From the NCBI GenBank assembly GCA_963843555.1, contig CAWJKV010000006.1, positions 32,001 through 96,000 on the forward strand: DNA of 64,000 bases, read 5' to 3'. How positions within the stretch are numbered: position 1 is the first letter of the stretch; every line of letters begins with the position of its first letter. This document shows, one piece after another, positions 42,027 to 51,936 of the stretch. Source of the stretch: an uncultured Methanosarcinales archaeon (GTDB lineage Archaea > Halobacteriota > Methanosarcinia > Methanotrichales > Methanotrichaceae). Both the position numbers and the translations under genes were made by a program. The notes beneath the pieces are model-generated. The model did not search any database, had not been told where the DNA came from, and was given only the letters and a program-made list of their open reading frames with translations.

Positions 42027-42899
42027 ATGAGCAGGCGCACCAAGGATGAAGATTTCGATACCCGCATAGATGTTCTTCGCACCAGGATAAAAGACTCTGA
42101 TGACCTGAATGTCCATGATGCCGTCTTCGATAAGCGCACCTTGATGGACCTTTACAGTCTGGCCAGCAAGGGAGTAATCGATGCCCTGGGCGGGTCCGTC
42201 TGCACAGGAAAAGAGGCAAATATTTTCAGGGCCATCGTGGGCGAAAAAGAGCTCGCCCTTAAGATTTATCGCATATCCACCAGCAACTTCACTTCTATGC
42301 AGGACTACTTGCATGGAGACCCGAGATTTGGAAACGTGAAGGGTACGAAAAGTGCCATCGTCTCAGCCTGGACTCGCAAGGAGTTTCGTAACCTTTCCCG
42401 GGCTGAAGAGATGGGTGTGCGTGTGCCTCATCCCATTGCCATGAAGGACAACATCCTGGTCATGGATCTCATAGGTCATGGCGAGCATGTTGCCCCACAG
42501 CTGAAAGATGTTGATTTGGAACCCGGCGAAGCAAAGCGCATTTACGAAAAGATTGTGGAATATATCTCAGTGCTCTACAATGGAGCGGGCCTCGTCCATG
42601 CCGATTTGAGCGAGTTCAATATACTTTATGATGAAGGCGAGCCGGTAATAATAGATATGGGTCAGTCGGTTACATTAGACCATCCCATGTCCCGGAAATT
42701 CCTGGAGCGCGATATCGCCAACGTGACTCACTATTTCCAAAAAAAGTATGCAATAGGCTCGTCGGAGGAGATCTGGGCCCGGCTTCGAAAAGACAAGGAT
42801 GTTGCAGATCAAAAGAAAGAAGCTGATCAGATGAAAAGAGCAGATCAAAAGAAAGAAGCCGATCAAATAAAAAAAGCAGATCAAATGAAAGGAGACTGA
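42027..42899 (+). CDS. rio1: RIO1 family Ser/Thr kinase
   Basis: TGKEANIF, KIYR, WTRKEFRNL, LVHADLSEFNIL and IIDMGQSV. Confidence 0.93.
   Translation: MSRRTKDEDFDTRIDVLRTRIKDSDDLNVHDAVFDKRTLMDLYSLASKGVIDALGGSVCTGKEANIFRAIVGEKELALKIYRISTSNFTSMQDYLHGDPRFGNVKGTKSAIVSAWTRKEFRNLSRAEEMGVRVPHPIAMKDNILVMDLIGHGEHVAPQLKDVDLEPGEAKRIYEKIVEYISVLYNGAGLVHADLSEFNILYDEGEPVIIDMGQSVTLDHPMSRKFLERDIANVTHYFQKKYAIGSSEEIWARLRKDKDVADQKKEADQMKRADQKKEADQIKKADQMKGD
42804..42893 (+). repeat. Five 18-bp tandem repeats in the RIO1 C-terminus (ADQxKx)
   Basis: gcagatcaaaagaaagaa-type units x5. Confidence 0.85.
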
Positions 42900-42902
42900 T
42901 CA

Positions 42903-43445
42903 ATGGATATCAAGATTCCAGAGGAACGTATAGGTGTGCTGGTGGGCCCGGGCGGGTCGATGAAGCACCTCATCGAAGAGAAGACCAAGACCACTCTTGA
43001 GATCGACAGCGAGACCGGCACGGTCTCCATTGCATCTGCCGAAGATCCGTTGCAGGGCCTGAGAGTTATGGACCTGGTAAAAGCCATCGGAAGGGGCTTC
43101 TCACCAGAAAGAGCATTGGCCATTCTGGATGACGAGATGCTGATGCTCGATGTGCTTGACATCTCCAAGATGGCCAGCACCAAGAGCGATATGGAACGCA
43201 TCAAGGGCCGCATCATAGGCAAGGACGGAAGGTCGCGCGAGATAATGGAGAGGCTCTCGGGCACCAAAGTTTCGGTGTACGGCAAGACCGTAGCCATACT
43301 AGGATATCCGGAGCAGATTCGAGTCGCACGCACGGCCATAGAGATGCTGCTTGACGGTGCTCCCCATGGCAATGTCTATAGCTTTTTGGAGAAGAAGCAC
43401 CAGGAACTGGCCAAGGAAGAGCTGAAGGAGCAGGGTATCCTTTAA
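42903..43445 (+). CDS. KH-domain rRNA-processing protein (Dim2/Pno1 family)
   Basis: RIGVLVGPGG, AIGRGFSPE and GRIIGKDG. Confidence 0.92.
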   Translation: MDIKIPEERIGVLVGPGGSMKHLIEEKTKTTLEIDSETGTVSIASAEDPLQGLRVMDLVKAIGRGFSPERALAILDDEMLMLDVLDISKMASTKSDMERIKGRIIGKDGRSREIMERLSGTKVSVYGKTVAILGYPEQIRVARTAIEMLLDGAPHGNVYSFLEKKHQELAKEELKEQGIL

Positions 43446-43615
43446 AGCTCTTTTTTCGCTTCTTATTTACCTTGCCTATCAAATTCGTCCTTGATATGCG
43501 TACCGATATCGACTCAGATGCGGCAGAGGATGAGCCTCTCTCAAGCGGCTCGGCCAGTGCTTTCCAGCTTATGAGCTTATATACATGATCTCCAGATTGA
43601 TCCTGCGAGGATAAA

Positions 43616-45259
43616 TTGGACTTCCAGTTGCAGCTTGATTTCTCAGATTGGCTGTTGATAGCCGCGGCCCTGATCGGCTTGTATTCCATCGTTCTTTTGC
43701 CCTTGAGGGATAGTGAGAAATGGCGGAGCCGGGGATTAACCGTTGGGGGCCTGCAGGGCATTCCTCTGGTAGTTTTTCTGCGCACTACCAGGGGATTGAA
43801 GCTCTTAGACCGGCTGAGCCGTCCCAAAATGTTCTGGAGAATCGTGGCCTCTGCCGGCGTCCCATTGGTTGTCTTATGCATGGGCTTCTTTTTGTTTCTG
43901 GTTCTGCAAATGACCTATCTAATGATCCAGTCACCACCCCAGCCCAGCAGCTATAACGCACCCAGAAATATTCTTCTCATTCCAGGCTTAAACCAGTATA
44001 TACCCTTTGTCTGGGGTTGGATAGCCCTCATTGTGACCATGGTGGTACACGAGTTCGCACATGGCATCCTGAGCCGCGTAGAGGGCGTGCGAGTTAAGTC
44101 CATGGGCATTATTGCCCTTTTTTTTGCTCCCATAGCCGCTTTTGTGGAGCCGGACGAAGAGGAGCTCTTCGGCACCGAGGACAAGCCGCCTCTGGTGAGC
44201 AAAGGCGCAAGGATCAGGATTCTGTCTGCTGGTGTCATTTCCAATTTTCTGGTTGCGGCTGTGGCTATGGCCCTCTTCTTCGGGCCGGTCATAGGGTCCA
44301 TATCGCCTGTAGATAGGGTGATAGTAGTAAATGTAGAGGACGGCTCTTTGGCTCAGGAAGCCGGTTTTGAGAATGGCATGGCACTTTTGGATGTGGATGG
44401 AAATAAAATCGGAGGTCTCGATCAGTTTTATGGCCATCTCAGCAACTCTTCGGAGATGACACGGGTCCTCTTCGATGATCAGGAAGAGAATCTTCCGCTT
44501 TCCGGCCAGCCGGCGCGGGGCATCATGGTGGCCTCTATCTACGCAGGCTCACCCGCTGAAATCGCCGGCCTCCCTGCCAGAAGCGTCATCTCCAAGGTCG
44601 ATGGAATGGAGATCGTCAACCTGGAGGGTTTCAGAAGTCAGATGAACACGACCCGTCCCGGCCAGATTATCGCCATTACCACGGGTGAGGGCAGGATCTA
44701 CCAGATAAATCTGACTTCAAATGAAGCTACAACAGAGCAAAACGGCACCGGGTTCATCGGCATTGGCATCTCTGGCAATGCTGTTTATTCCGGCGGCGCA
44801 GTCTTCCAGGAGGCTCCTGCCAGGCAATTCTTGCAGGTGCTCAAGGCCATACCCAGTAGCGGAATGCAGGGATTTGCATATATGCTAAGCCTGCCCTTTG
44901 CCGGAATTCCCGGATTTACCCAACAAGGTTTCCCGGGCTTTAGCGGCTGGCTAACCACCGTCTTTGAGCCCACCGGATGGGCCGAGCCTCTGGGTGGCAA
45001 GTTATTCTGGATAGCAAACCTGCTTCTCTGGATAGGTTGGATCAATCTCTACGCCGGCCTCTTCAACTGTCTCCCGGCGGTGCCATTGGATGGGGGGCAC
45101 ATCTTCAGAGATCTGATACAATTGGGCTTTGAGAGAGTGGTCAAGCCCAAAGAGGCAGAAAAGCTCACCAAGACGGCAGTCGCGCTTTTTACCTGGCTGG
45201 TATTGACATCCCTGCTCATAACTTTGATCGCGCCATTCACTCATTGGCTACCTATTTAG
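43616..45259 (+). CDS. Site-2 protease (M50) with PDZ domains
   Basis: VHEFAHG, AFVEPD, NCLPAVPLDGG. Confidence 0.92.
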   Translation: MDFQLQLDFSDWLLIAAALIGLYSIVLLPLRDSEKWRSRGLTVGGLQGIPLVVFLRTTRGLKLLDRLSRPKMFWRIVASAGVPLVVLCMGFFLFLVLQMTYLMIQSPPQPSSYNAPRNILLIPGLNQYIPFVWGWIALIVTMVVHEFAHGILSRVEGVRVKSMGIIALFFAPIAAFVEPDEEELFGTEDKPPLVSKGARIRILSAGVISNFLVAAVAMALFFGPVIGSISPVDRVIVVNVEDGSLAQEAGFENGMALLDVDGNKIGGLDQFYGHLSNSSEMTRVLFDDQEENLPLSGQPARGIMVASIYAGSPAEIAGLPARSVISKVDGMEIVNLEGFRSQMNTTRPGQIIAITTGEGRIYQINLTSNEATTEQNGTGFIGIGISGNAVYSGGAVFQEAPARQFLQVLKAIPSSGMQGFAYMLSLPFAGIPGFTQQGFPGFSGWLTTVFEPTGWAEPLGGKLFWIANLLLWIGWINLYAGLFNCLPAVPLDGGHIFRDLIQLGFERVVKPKEAEKLTKTAVALFTWLVLTSLLITLIAPFTHWLPI

Positions 45260-45368
45260 GGGCTGGAGACAGGGGCTCATGTCAATTGCCGGATCGCTGG
45301 CCTCTCCTTTCGAGACGTCAGTTTTAAACCCATTCAGAATTGACAGATTACCAGGCAGGTAAATCCTT

Positions 45369-46411
45369 ATGAGAATATGCGCGTTCTGGCATTTGGCGGT
45401 CTTGGCAATCCTGATGACACTGGCGGTCACGGGCCAGTCTTCAGGAGATCGTGGATCTCTATTCCGGTGTTGACTCTGCCGATGTTACGCTGAATGGAGA
45501 TGTTGCGGGCAAGGTCTCTTCAATTGGATCTGATCTCCGACGGAATGGTGCTCATGACCCGGAATGTGACTCTGGACGGTCCAGGAACCTGGATTGTGCG
45601 CTGGTCGCCATTCGATGCCAAGAGCGGCAACTATGATGTTTGCGCCCTCTTATGGAGAGACGGGACCAGGGACTCCAGGAAGTGCTACAGTTTCTATTAC
45701 GGGGGAATTGAGCCCGTAAGGTTCGATGTACGCGATTTCTATGCCGACTCTCGCGGCATGCATCTCGCCATAAGTGCCAGCGATCCGACTGTTGCGGATA
45801 TTTATTATATGCTTCTTCAGGGAGACAAGGCTGTATATGTAACCAGGGAAAAGGCGGTGCCGATCACTGGCAGCATGGGTATGCCGATTCAGAAGGATTA
45901 TGCCTGGAAGCCCATCCTGGAGAATGGTCAGGAGTATGCAGGCCGGGTGAAGATAGTGGAGCTTAATCACAATCAGAGCAGGGCCTTTATGAACTCCTTT
46001 CGGGCTGCCGATGATGCAATGATAACTGAGACCTACCAGGATGAGACCGGCGCCAGCGCCACAGTAGTTGGCAACTCTCGCGTTCCCTTTGAGGGATCTC
46101 TGAGGTTTATACTCTCGCAAGAGGGCAGGGTGATCAACACCACAGAGAAGAAGACGCCCGTGCTCCTCACAGGGGACGATGAGACTGTTGAGATCACCTG
46201 GAACAGGACACTCGATCCGGGAGTCTATCAGCTCCGCACCGTTTTGGTAGGACAGAGCGGAAATGTGATGGATTTGCAAGAGAACATTATTGAGGCCAAA
46301 CCCATAGTCAGGAGCAACGCCACCGATGTCGCAGAGACTGCCGCCTTTCCTTCTGGCCTAGCCGCACTGGCAATGCTCTTGATGGTTTTTCTCAGGCGCA
46401 GGAAATGTTGA
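45369..46411 (+). CDS. Cell-surface protein with C-terminal TM anchor and basic tail; frameshifts near the 5' end
   Basis: Signal peptide from ATG 45369 in a different frame from the main ORF 45494-46411; ends ALAMLLMVFLRRRKC. Confidence 0.7.
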
Positions 46412-46454
46412 AGGGGAGATAGAAAGGAGATCAATAAATCAAGGGAGGGTTATC

Positions 46455-47000
46455 ATGCAAAAAATTATTGCCTGCTTTATCTGCATCTTGGCGCTGCTGA
46501 CCATAGCAATGCCCGCCATAATTGCAGAAGACAATCAGAATTCCACAGGGAACATCACATTGAATCAGACACAAAATGCCACAGGGAATATCTCACTGAA
46601 TCTGACACAAAATATCACACAGAGCATCTCACCGGGTATTGCCCAGAACCTGACCCAAAACCAAGACACAATCCAAACAGGTGCACAGAATGCTAACCAG
46701 CATACCAGGGTCTTGCGCGCCGGTTTCGAGAAGACAAGGCCTCTGAACAACCTGGATGCATACGGCAATAAGTCCACATACAGCATACCGGCCAGTAATG
46801 TAAGTTCTGCATTCAATCTTAGCCAGCGCCTGGGCAATATATCCAGATTCGCCTACAATACCGACATCTACAAACCAGTCTACAATGTGAGCCAGTACTC
46901 AAGGACAAAGCCCACCTATGAAGTTCCCGGCACTCCGTCCAAGCCGGTCTACAGCATCTCCGGATATCCGGTGATCAAGGCTTCCAACAGCATACCTTGA
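46455..47000 (+). CDS. Secreted Asn/Gln/Thr-rich hypothetical protein
   Basis: Signal peptide, many NxT/S sequons and a GGGAGGG SD. Confidence 0.75.
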   Translation: MQKIIACFICILALLTIAMPAIIAEDNQNSTGNITLNQTQNATGNISLNLTQNITQSISPGIAQNLTQNQDTIQTGAQNANQHTRVLRAGFEKTRPLNNLDAYGNKSTYSIPASNVSSAFNLSQRLGNISRFAYNTDIYKPVYNVSQYSRTKPTYEVPGTPSKPVYSISGYPVIKASNSIP

Positions 47001-47118
47001 AGGACGTTCCCCGCTCGCCAATGCAATTGAATTGAAGATCTAACAAAAGGCGGAAGACCTCCAGAATAGATCGGAAAAAAAGAAAACGGTTAGAGATGAA
47101 TCCTCTGAAGAATTGTCT

Positions 47119-47526
47119 TCAGAGGTACTTCTGAATTTTCGCCGCCAATGTGGTTTTGGGATAGGCCCCCACCAGTTTGTCTATGAGCTTGCCGTCCTTG
47201 AAGACCATCAGTGTGGGAATTGCTGAGATCCTGTATTTGTTGGCGGTTTGCATGTTCTCGTCGACGTTCAGCTTGCCGAAGACGACCTTTCCCTTCATCT
47301 CTTCTGCCAGCTCCTCGATGATCGGCCCGATCGTGCGACAGGGACCGCACCACTCTGCCCAGCAATCCAGAATAAGGATCGGATACTGGCTTGAAGCTTT
47401 TTCTAAAGTTGCATCTGTAACTACAATGGGCTTACTCGGCAGTTCTACGCCAGGTTCAGTGGGTTTCTTCATCTCGCTCATCATCTTCTCCTTTTTCTTC
47501 TTTTTTATATCTTCCAGCTCATCCAA
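47119..47526 (-). CDS. trxA: Thioredoxin
   Basis: WAEWCGPC and IPTL motifs. Confidence 0.93.
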   Translation of the reverse strand: MDELEDIKKKKKEKMMSEMKKPTEPGVELPSKPIVVTDATLEKASSQYPILILDCWAEWCGPCRTIGPIIEELAEEMKGKVVFGKLNVDENMQTANKYRISAIPTLMVFKDGKLIDKLVGAYPKTTLAAKIQKYL

Positions 47527-47529
47527 AGC

Positions 47530-48132
47530 TCAATCCTCCAAGCTTTCTTTAGCCTTTATCAGGAGTGATTTGAAGTGATTCAGGTCCGCGGGCATTATCT
47601 CAAAAGGGAGGTTAGTGAAATCAAAGAATTCCAGTAGCTCTTGCTCGCGGGAAGTTGCATCTTTCAGGGTGTCCATGTAGACGGTTCCCCGAAATGAGCC
47701 CATATGCAACCTGGCCTCCATCTGATCCCAGCCCAGCTGTCCAAATATATCCCGCCATGCATCCAGCCAGCCTGGCGAGAGGTAGAAGAAAAGCCCTTCA
47801 TTGGCCTTCTTCTCCATGACCTTGCGGGTTATGAAGGCATCCACGCAGCTCTGGCATTCGACAAGTTTGGCATGGTAGGGCTCGAGAATGTCATCAATCC
47901 TGGGATGGCACTGGCCATAGGCCACAATTATGCCCTCGCAGCCGTTTGTTTGAGCCCTCTCCAGCTCTGCCTGGAGAGCGGCTTTTAGGTCATCGAAGTT
48001 AACGTGCAGACCTGGCCCGAGGTAGTGCTCTTCAAATGGAAATCCCAGATCGCCCTTCAACGCCTCGATCTCCTTTTGAAAAACGCCGCAGGCGATGATT
48101 GCATCCATAGCAGCAGTATTATGGGTACTCAA
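47530..48132 (-). CDS. DUF1638-like protein
   Basis: IIACGVF..E, LGPGLH, AYGQC, CVDAF, FYLSPGW. Confidence 0.75.
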   Translation of the reverse strand: MSTHNTAAMDAIIACGVFQKEIEALKGDLGFPFEEHYLGPGLHVNFDDLKAALQAELERAQTNGCEGIIVAYGQCHPRIDDILEPYHAKLVECQSCVDAFITRKVMEKKANEGLFFYLSPGWLDAWRDIFGQLGWDQMEARLHMGSFRGTVYMDTLKDATSREQELLEFFDFTNLPFEIMPADLNHFKSLLIKAKESLED

Positions 48133-48165
48133 TAGGATATATCTGTGATCCTTGATCCAATCGAT

Positions 48166-48570
48166 CTATACCGGGTCCAGAATCCTGATAATTCCCTGGT
48201 TGGCGTCGACCTCGACCAGAGTGCCGCTCTTCCACTGCAAGACCTCTTCCGGCACCCTGTCCACCAGCGGGATGCCGCTGATAATGGCTCCCACGGCCAC
48301 AATGGGCTCAGAGCAGAGGTTGATCATAGCTATTGGGGCAAGTTTCCTCTTCTTGAGCTGATATATGACATAGGAGCCCACGGTAGAGCCCTTACCTCCT
48401 GGAAAGACGAGCACCTTTCCGGCGAGGCTTATGCCGAAGAGCTCGTGAGCGGGATCGACTACTATGCCGGTTTCCGGATTGACATTGCCCAGGAACGATA
48501 TGGCTTCCCTTGTCACCAGCGCGGGACCAGCAGCACAGCCGGAAGCGACTTTATGGCATAAGATCTCCAT
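48166..48570 (-). CDS. Aconitase X small subunit (DUF126; phosphomevalonate dehydratase small subunit)
   Basis: ISFLGNVNPETG...GKVLVFPGGKGSTVGSY. Confidence 0.9.
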   Translation of the reverse strand: MEILCHKVASGCAAGPALVTREAISFLGNVNPETGIVVDPAHELFGISLAGKVLVFPGGKGSTVGSYVIYQLKKRKLAPIAMINLCSEPIVAVGAIISGIPLVDRVPEEVLQWKSGTLVEVDANQGIIRILDPV

Positions 48571-48574
48571 TTTC

Positions 48575-49759
48575 TCATCTCCCTCCCGTGGCTTCATCTA
48601 TGCACTCTTCTGTGCTTCCCAGGCCCGCCTGAACACCGCCCAGGCCCGGTAGGTAGACCAGAGCCTTGCCGGAGTTGACCATCATCTTTCTGAAGCCTTC
48701 AGTGGCAGGGGAGACAACCATGCAGGTATCACAGAAGACCCGGGCCCCGCTCGCCTCGATCTGTGCTACCAGATCGGGACAGTCATCCCGGATCTTGCGG
48801 GCGGTGCACACCCACAGCTCTTTTTGGACCTTTCGGCCTTCCAGCAGACGGGCGATGGTCTCCAACTCCTCTCGAGAGCAGTGGGGACAGCCCAGGGCCA
48901 CGATATCCGCATCGCACCCCCGGTATTTTTCGTAGACTTCCTCGATATCCTTTCTGCCCAGGGCTATCGTCTCAATGGGCTCTGACCCGTCGGGCGGAAC
49001 TGGAGTGACCGATCTATGAGAAGAATCTTCCACGTAGTAGAGGGCCACGGAACCACTGGCAGCCATGGCCGCCCCCAATGCCTTCAGCTCGTCCGAGCTG
49101 GGCCTCGTCCGTAGCCGAAATTGAGGAACTCCATCCTGGACGATTCTGCCCGTCAGAAATCCCAGAGCTCCAAAGTCCGAGCCCTGCAGATCTGCATCCA
49201 CAACCACCAGGTGGGTGGGCCGACGATATTCATCCAGGTGGTAACCATAAAGCGCCGTCTTGCCCACCAGAGCCGCAGCCAGAGCGGACGGTCCTCCTTC
49301 GCGATTGGTCCGGGCTCCGATTATGGAATTAGCATAGGAGACGGCCGAGGACTCGCTCCAGGCCAGGTGATCGCCCTTGGAGGCGAGGCTATCATAAATC
49401 TGATAAGGCGTGCAGGTGCAATCAATGGTGACGCCAAGTTTTCGATAGGCTTCGATGGTGGCCATCTGCCGGGAGGCGAACTCCTGGCTTATGCCCATCT
49501 CTTTCCAGCGGCAGAGGTCCATGCCCGCCGGATTAAGGATGCTAGGAACGACCACCCGGCCCTCCAGGTCGGAGATCCACTCCAGCCCGGCTTCGCCTAT
49601 ATTCTTGAAAGATACTCCCGCGATCTGCGCAGATCTGACAGGCACCAGCCTCTCGGCCCCAAAGATCTCTCCCAGGGCCACCAGGATCTCCATCATCCGG
49701 CAAAGGGTCTCCCCCTTTTCGCCCTGATAAATGCCTTCTTCCTCGCGGGATAGGTACAT
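48575..49759 (-). CDS. Aconitase X large subunit (DUF521; phosphomevalonate dehydratase large subunit)
   Basis: CTCTPY, AWSESSA, GARTNREGGP, GCPHCS and DTCMVV. Confidence 0.9.
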   Translation of the reverse strand: MYLSREEEGIYQGEKGETLCRMMEILVALGEIFGAERLVPVRSAQIAGVSFKNIGEAGLEWISDLEGRVVVPSILNPAGMDLCRWKEMGISQEFASRQMATIEAYRKLGVTIDCTCTPYQIYDSLASKGDHLAWSESSAVSYANSIIGARTNREGGPSALAAALVGKTALYGYHLDEYRRPTHLVVVDADLQGSDFGALGFLTGRIVQDGVPQFRLRTRPSSDELKALGAAMAASGSVALYYVEDSSHRSVTPVPPDGSEPIETIALGRKDIEEVYEKYRGCDADIVALGCPHCSREELETIARLLEGRKVQKELWVCTARKIRDDCPDLVAQIEASGARVFCDTCMVVSPATEGFRKMMVNSGKALVYLPGLGGVQAGLGSTEECIDEATGGR

Positions 49760-49818
49760 GACTCTTGCCTCTGGCTTGTTGGTATTAATCCTTTCCAGAA
49801 ATCCGTTTCCAGACCAAC

Positions 49819-50742
49819 CTAGACCAACCGATACAAAGGATGCCCCGTCCCGGGCAGGATATCAAGGTCCCGTACCGCCTCGGCAACGAGAATGTCGGCC
49901 AATGCCGCCGCCGGAAAGATAAAGTCGCTATTCTCGATGGGCCCGTAAAGCAGATAATCACCTGCCGATAGGAGCTGCATGGCTGCGGCGGCAGCATCGC
50001 AGCACTTTCTGGTGCTTATCTCCTTTTTGCCGAGCCACGGCCAGGAGCTCACTGCATTGTGAATGCCTGAACCCACCGGCAGCCCGAGGCGCGCTTTGGC
50101 CACGACGGAAAATCGCAGCGACTCTCCTGCACCGCTGCCCAAAGGCACGACCCCTGGATCGATGAGCAGATTAACGAATCCTAATTCCCGGGCCAGGGGG
50201 ATTAAACCCTTCTCCAATACCGAGCCTCCCGTCTCCAAGACCCGCAGGGCGCCTTCCACGCCTGGCTCGCCTGGATTGTAGGCTAGCATGATGGCACTAT
50301 CAATCTCGCTATCCAGCATGGCGCCCGCCTCCACATCGTCTGTGGCCAGGCTTATGCTGTTGTAGATGGCCCGATCCCCGTAGCCCAGCTCTGAAACCAG
50401 AAGTGCGGCTGAGGCGCGCGTGACACTATCCGCTGAGTCGATGATGAACGGTCCCTCCCAGACCTGCTCTGCAAAATCAAGATATCTCAGAAAGGCCTGA
50501 CAAGTTCGAGCGTAGATATGCAGGACAGCGGGGCAACCCGTATCCTCGGACAGCTCAGCCTGGCGGGCGACGAGCCTCTCAGCCGCGGCATGGTCGAAGA
50601 TGCCCAGTTCTTCATTCTCGACGATCCTGTGCCCCTGATAAAAGATGGTGCCGCATAGGACTGTGGCCAGCTCGCCCGGCTGGCCTCCGAACTTCACGCC
50701 CGCCACATTCACTATGGACTGCTCGCACTTGAATCTAAACAA
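49819..50742 (-). CDS. mtxH: MtrH-like methyltransferase (MtxH)
   Basis: MFRFKCEQ...FGGQPGE..TVLCGTIFY..GSGIHN..LYGPIEN. Confidence 0.82.
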   Translation of the reverse strand: MFRFKCEQSIVNVAGVKFGGQPGELATVLCGTIFYQGHRIVENEELGIFDHAAAERLVARQAELSEDTGCPAVLHIYARTCQAFLRYLDFAEQVWEGPFIIDSADSVTRASAALLVSELGYGDRAIYNSISLATDDVEAGAMLDSEIDSAIMLAYNPGEPGVEGALRVLETGGSVLEKGLIPLARELGFVNLLIDPGVVPLGSGAGESLRFSVVAKARLGLPVGSGIHNAVSSWPWLGKKEISTRKCCDAAAAAMQLLSAGDYLLYGPIENSDFIFPAAALADILVAEAVRDLDILPGTGHPLYRLV

Positions 50743-50746
50743 TTTT

Positions 50747-51352
50747 TCATCCCTCTACTGCGATCTGCCAGGCCCTTGTGTCCATGAAGACTCTTGCTCC
50801 GAAGAATAGATCGCCCTCTCCCATCAGTATCTCCTGCAATGCAGCCTTTCTTTTTACTACCTGGAAGGCCTCTTCAGGATAAGGCTTCGCGAGGAGGTTG
50901 TACTTGGAGACGAGCCTCCTGATCTCATCCATATTCTCAAGGCCGATGCAGTCTATCAGCGCCACCTGGTCCTGAAAGCGCTTGATAGCCTGGGGCGGAA
51001 GATTCTGGATGAAAGGTATAGCCCCCTTGGAGCCTATTATCCTGCCCTGCTCGTCGATGCCATTCTTGTGCAACGCGAGAATCGTATCGCCTGGCAAATG
51101 GCCCTTCGACTCCACGCCGCAGATGATGAGGAATCGTATGTTGCAGTTGGAGATCACGTTGGCCACGATCTTCTCCACGCCCAGGTTCTCCGTCTTGCAC
51201 TGGCCAACTATGGCGGCTCCACTAACCAAAAGCGGGCTAGCCAGGGTAGTAACCGCTACACCCGTATTTGGGTCGCCCACCAGATAGTCGCCGCGCACGG
51301 GCGGCCAGGGATCGTCATAGCCTCGTTTGGTGTTGCCGTCTTCCGCTGTCAT
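50747..51352 (-). CDS. mtxA: Soluble MtrA-like corrinoid protein (MtxA)
   Basis: [34 protein letters not shown] corrinoid His; no C-terminal membrane anchor. Confidence 0.82.
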   Translation of the reverse strand: MTAEDGNTKRGYDDPWPPVRGDYLVGDPNTGVAVTTLASPLLVSGAAIVGQCKTENLGVEKIVANVISNCNIRFLIICGVESKGHLPGDTILALHKNGIDEQGRIIGSKGAIPFIQNLPPQAIKRFQDQVALIDCIGLENMDEIRRLVSKYNLLAKPYPEEAFQVVKRKAALQEILMGEGDLFFGARVFMDTRAWQIAVEG

Positions 51353-51543
51353 ATATCTCCTGCTGGCATCTGGAAAGACCGATCAGCATTTATTTTTTCC
51401 GATCTTAAGAGAGAGAGAACCCCCCGTCTTTGAGGAACAAATATGAAAAATTGAAATATCAGAATGGTAAATAAGTAAACTTGATCAGGAAATGGTAATA
51501 ACTACTTGCGAGACTAATCTTGCCAAGAGATGGTGGCACTAAA

Positions 51544-51921
51544 ATGGCCTCTTACAAAGAAAGGATCCTGGAAGTTATCGGAGAATCGGAAGTAGGTCTT
51601 ACCACGGTTGATGTGGCCAAGAAGGCGGGTGTCAGCAAGACCACGGTGATCAAGTACCTCTCCGTGCTCAGCTCCGAAGGGGAGGTTGAGTTCGTGGAGA
51701 TAGGCCCATCCAAGCTCTGGAGGACAAAAGGCGCGTGCTTAAAGCGTGCGGAGGAGAGAGAAGCGACATTGAACGTCGAGGCGTTTCCTATGATGGATAT
51801 AGACTTCCACAAGGGCGAGGACAAGACCGTCTATTTTTCATTCCGGGTCAATCCAGATCAGATATGCGCACTCATGAAGCGCGCCAATAAATGCATCTGT
51901 AAAGTTGCAGACACATATTAA
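51544..51921 (+). CDS. Winged helix-turn-helix regulator
   Basis: LTTVDVAKKAGVSKTTVIKYLSVL..EG. Confidence 0.8.
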   Translation: MASYKERILEVIGESEVGLTTVDVAKKAGVSKTTVIKYLSVLSSEGEVEFVEIGPSKLWRTKGACLKRAEEREATLNVEAFPMMDIDFHKGEDKTVYFSFRVNPDQICALMKRANKCICKVADTY

Positions 51922-51936
51922 TCGAGGAATAAATAA

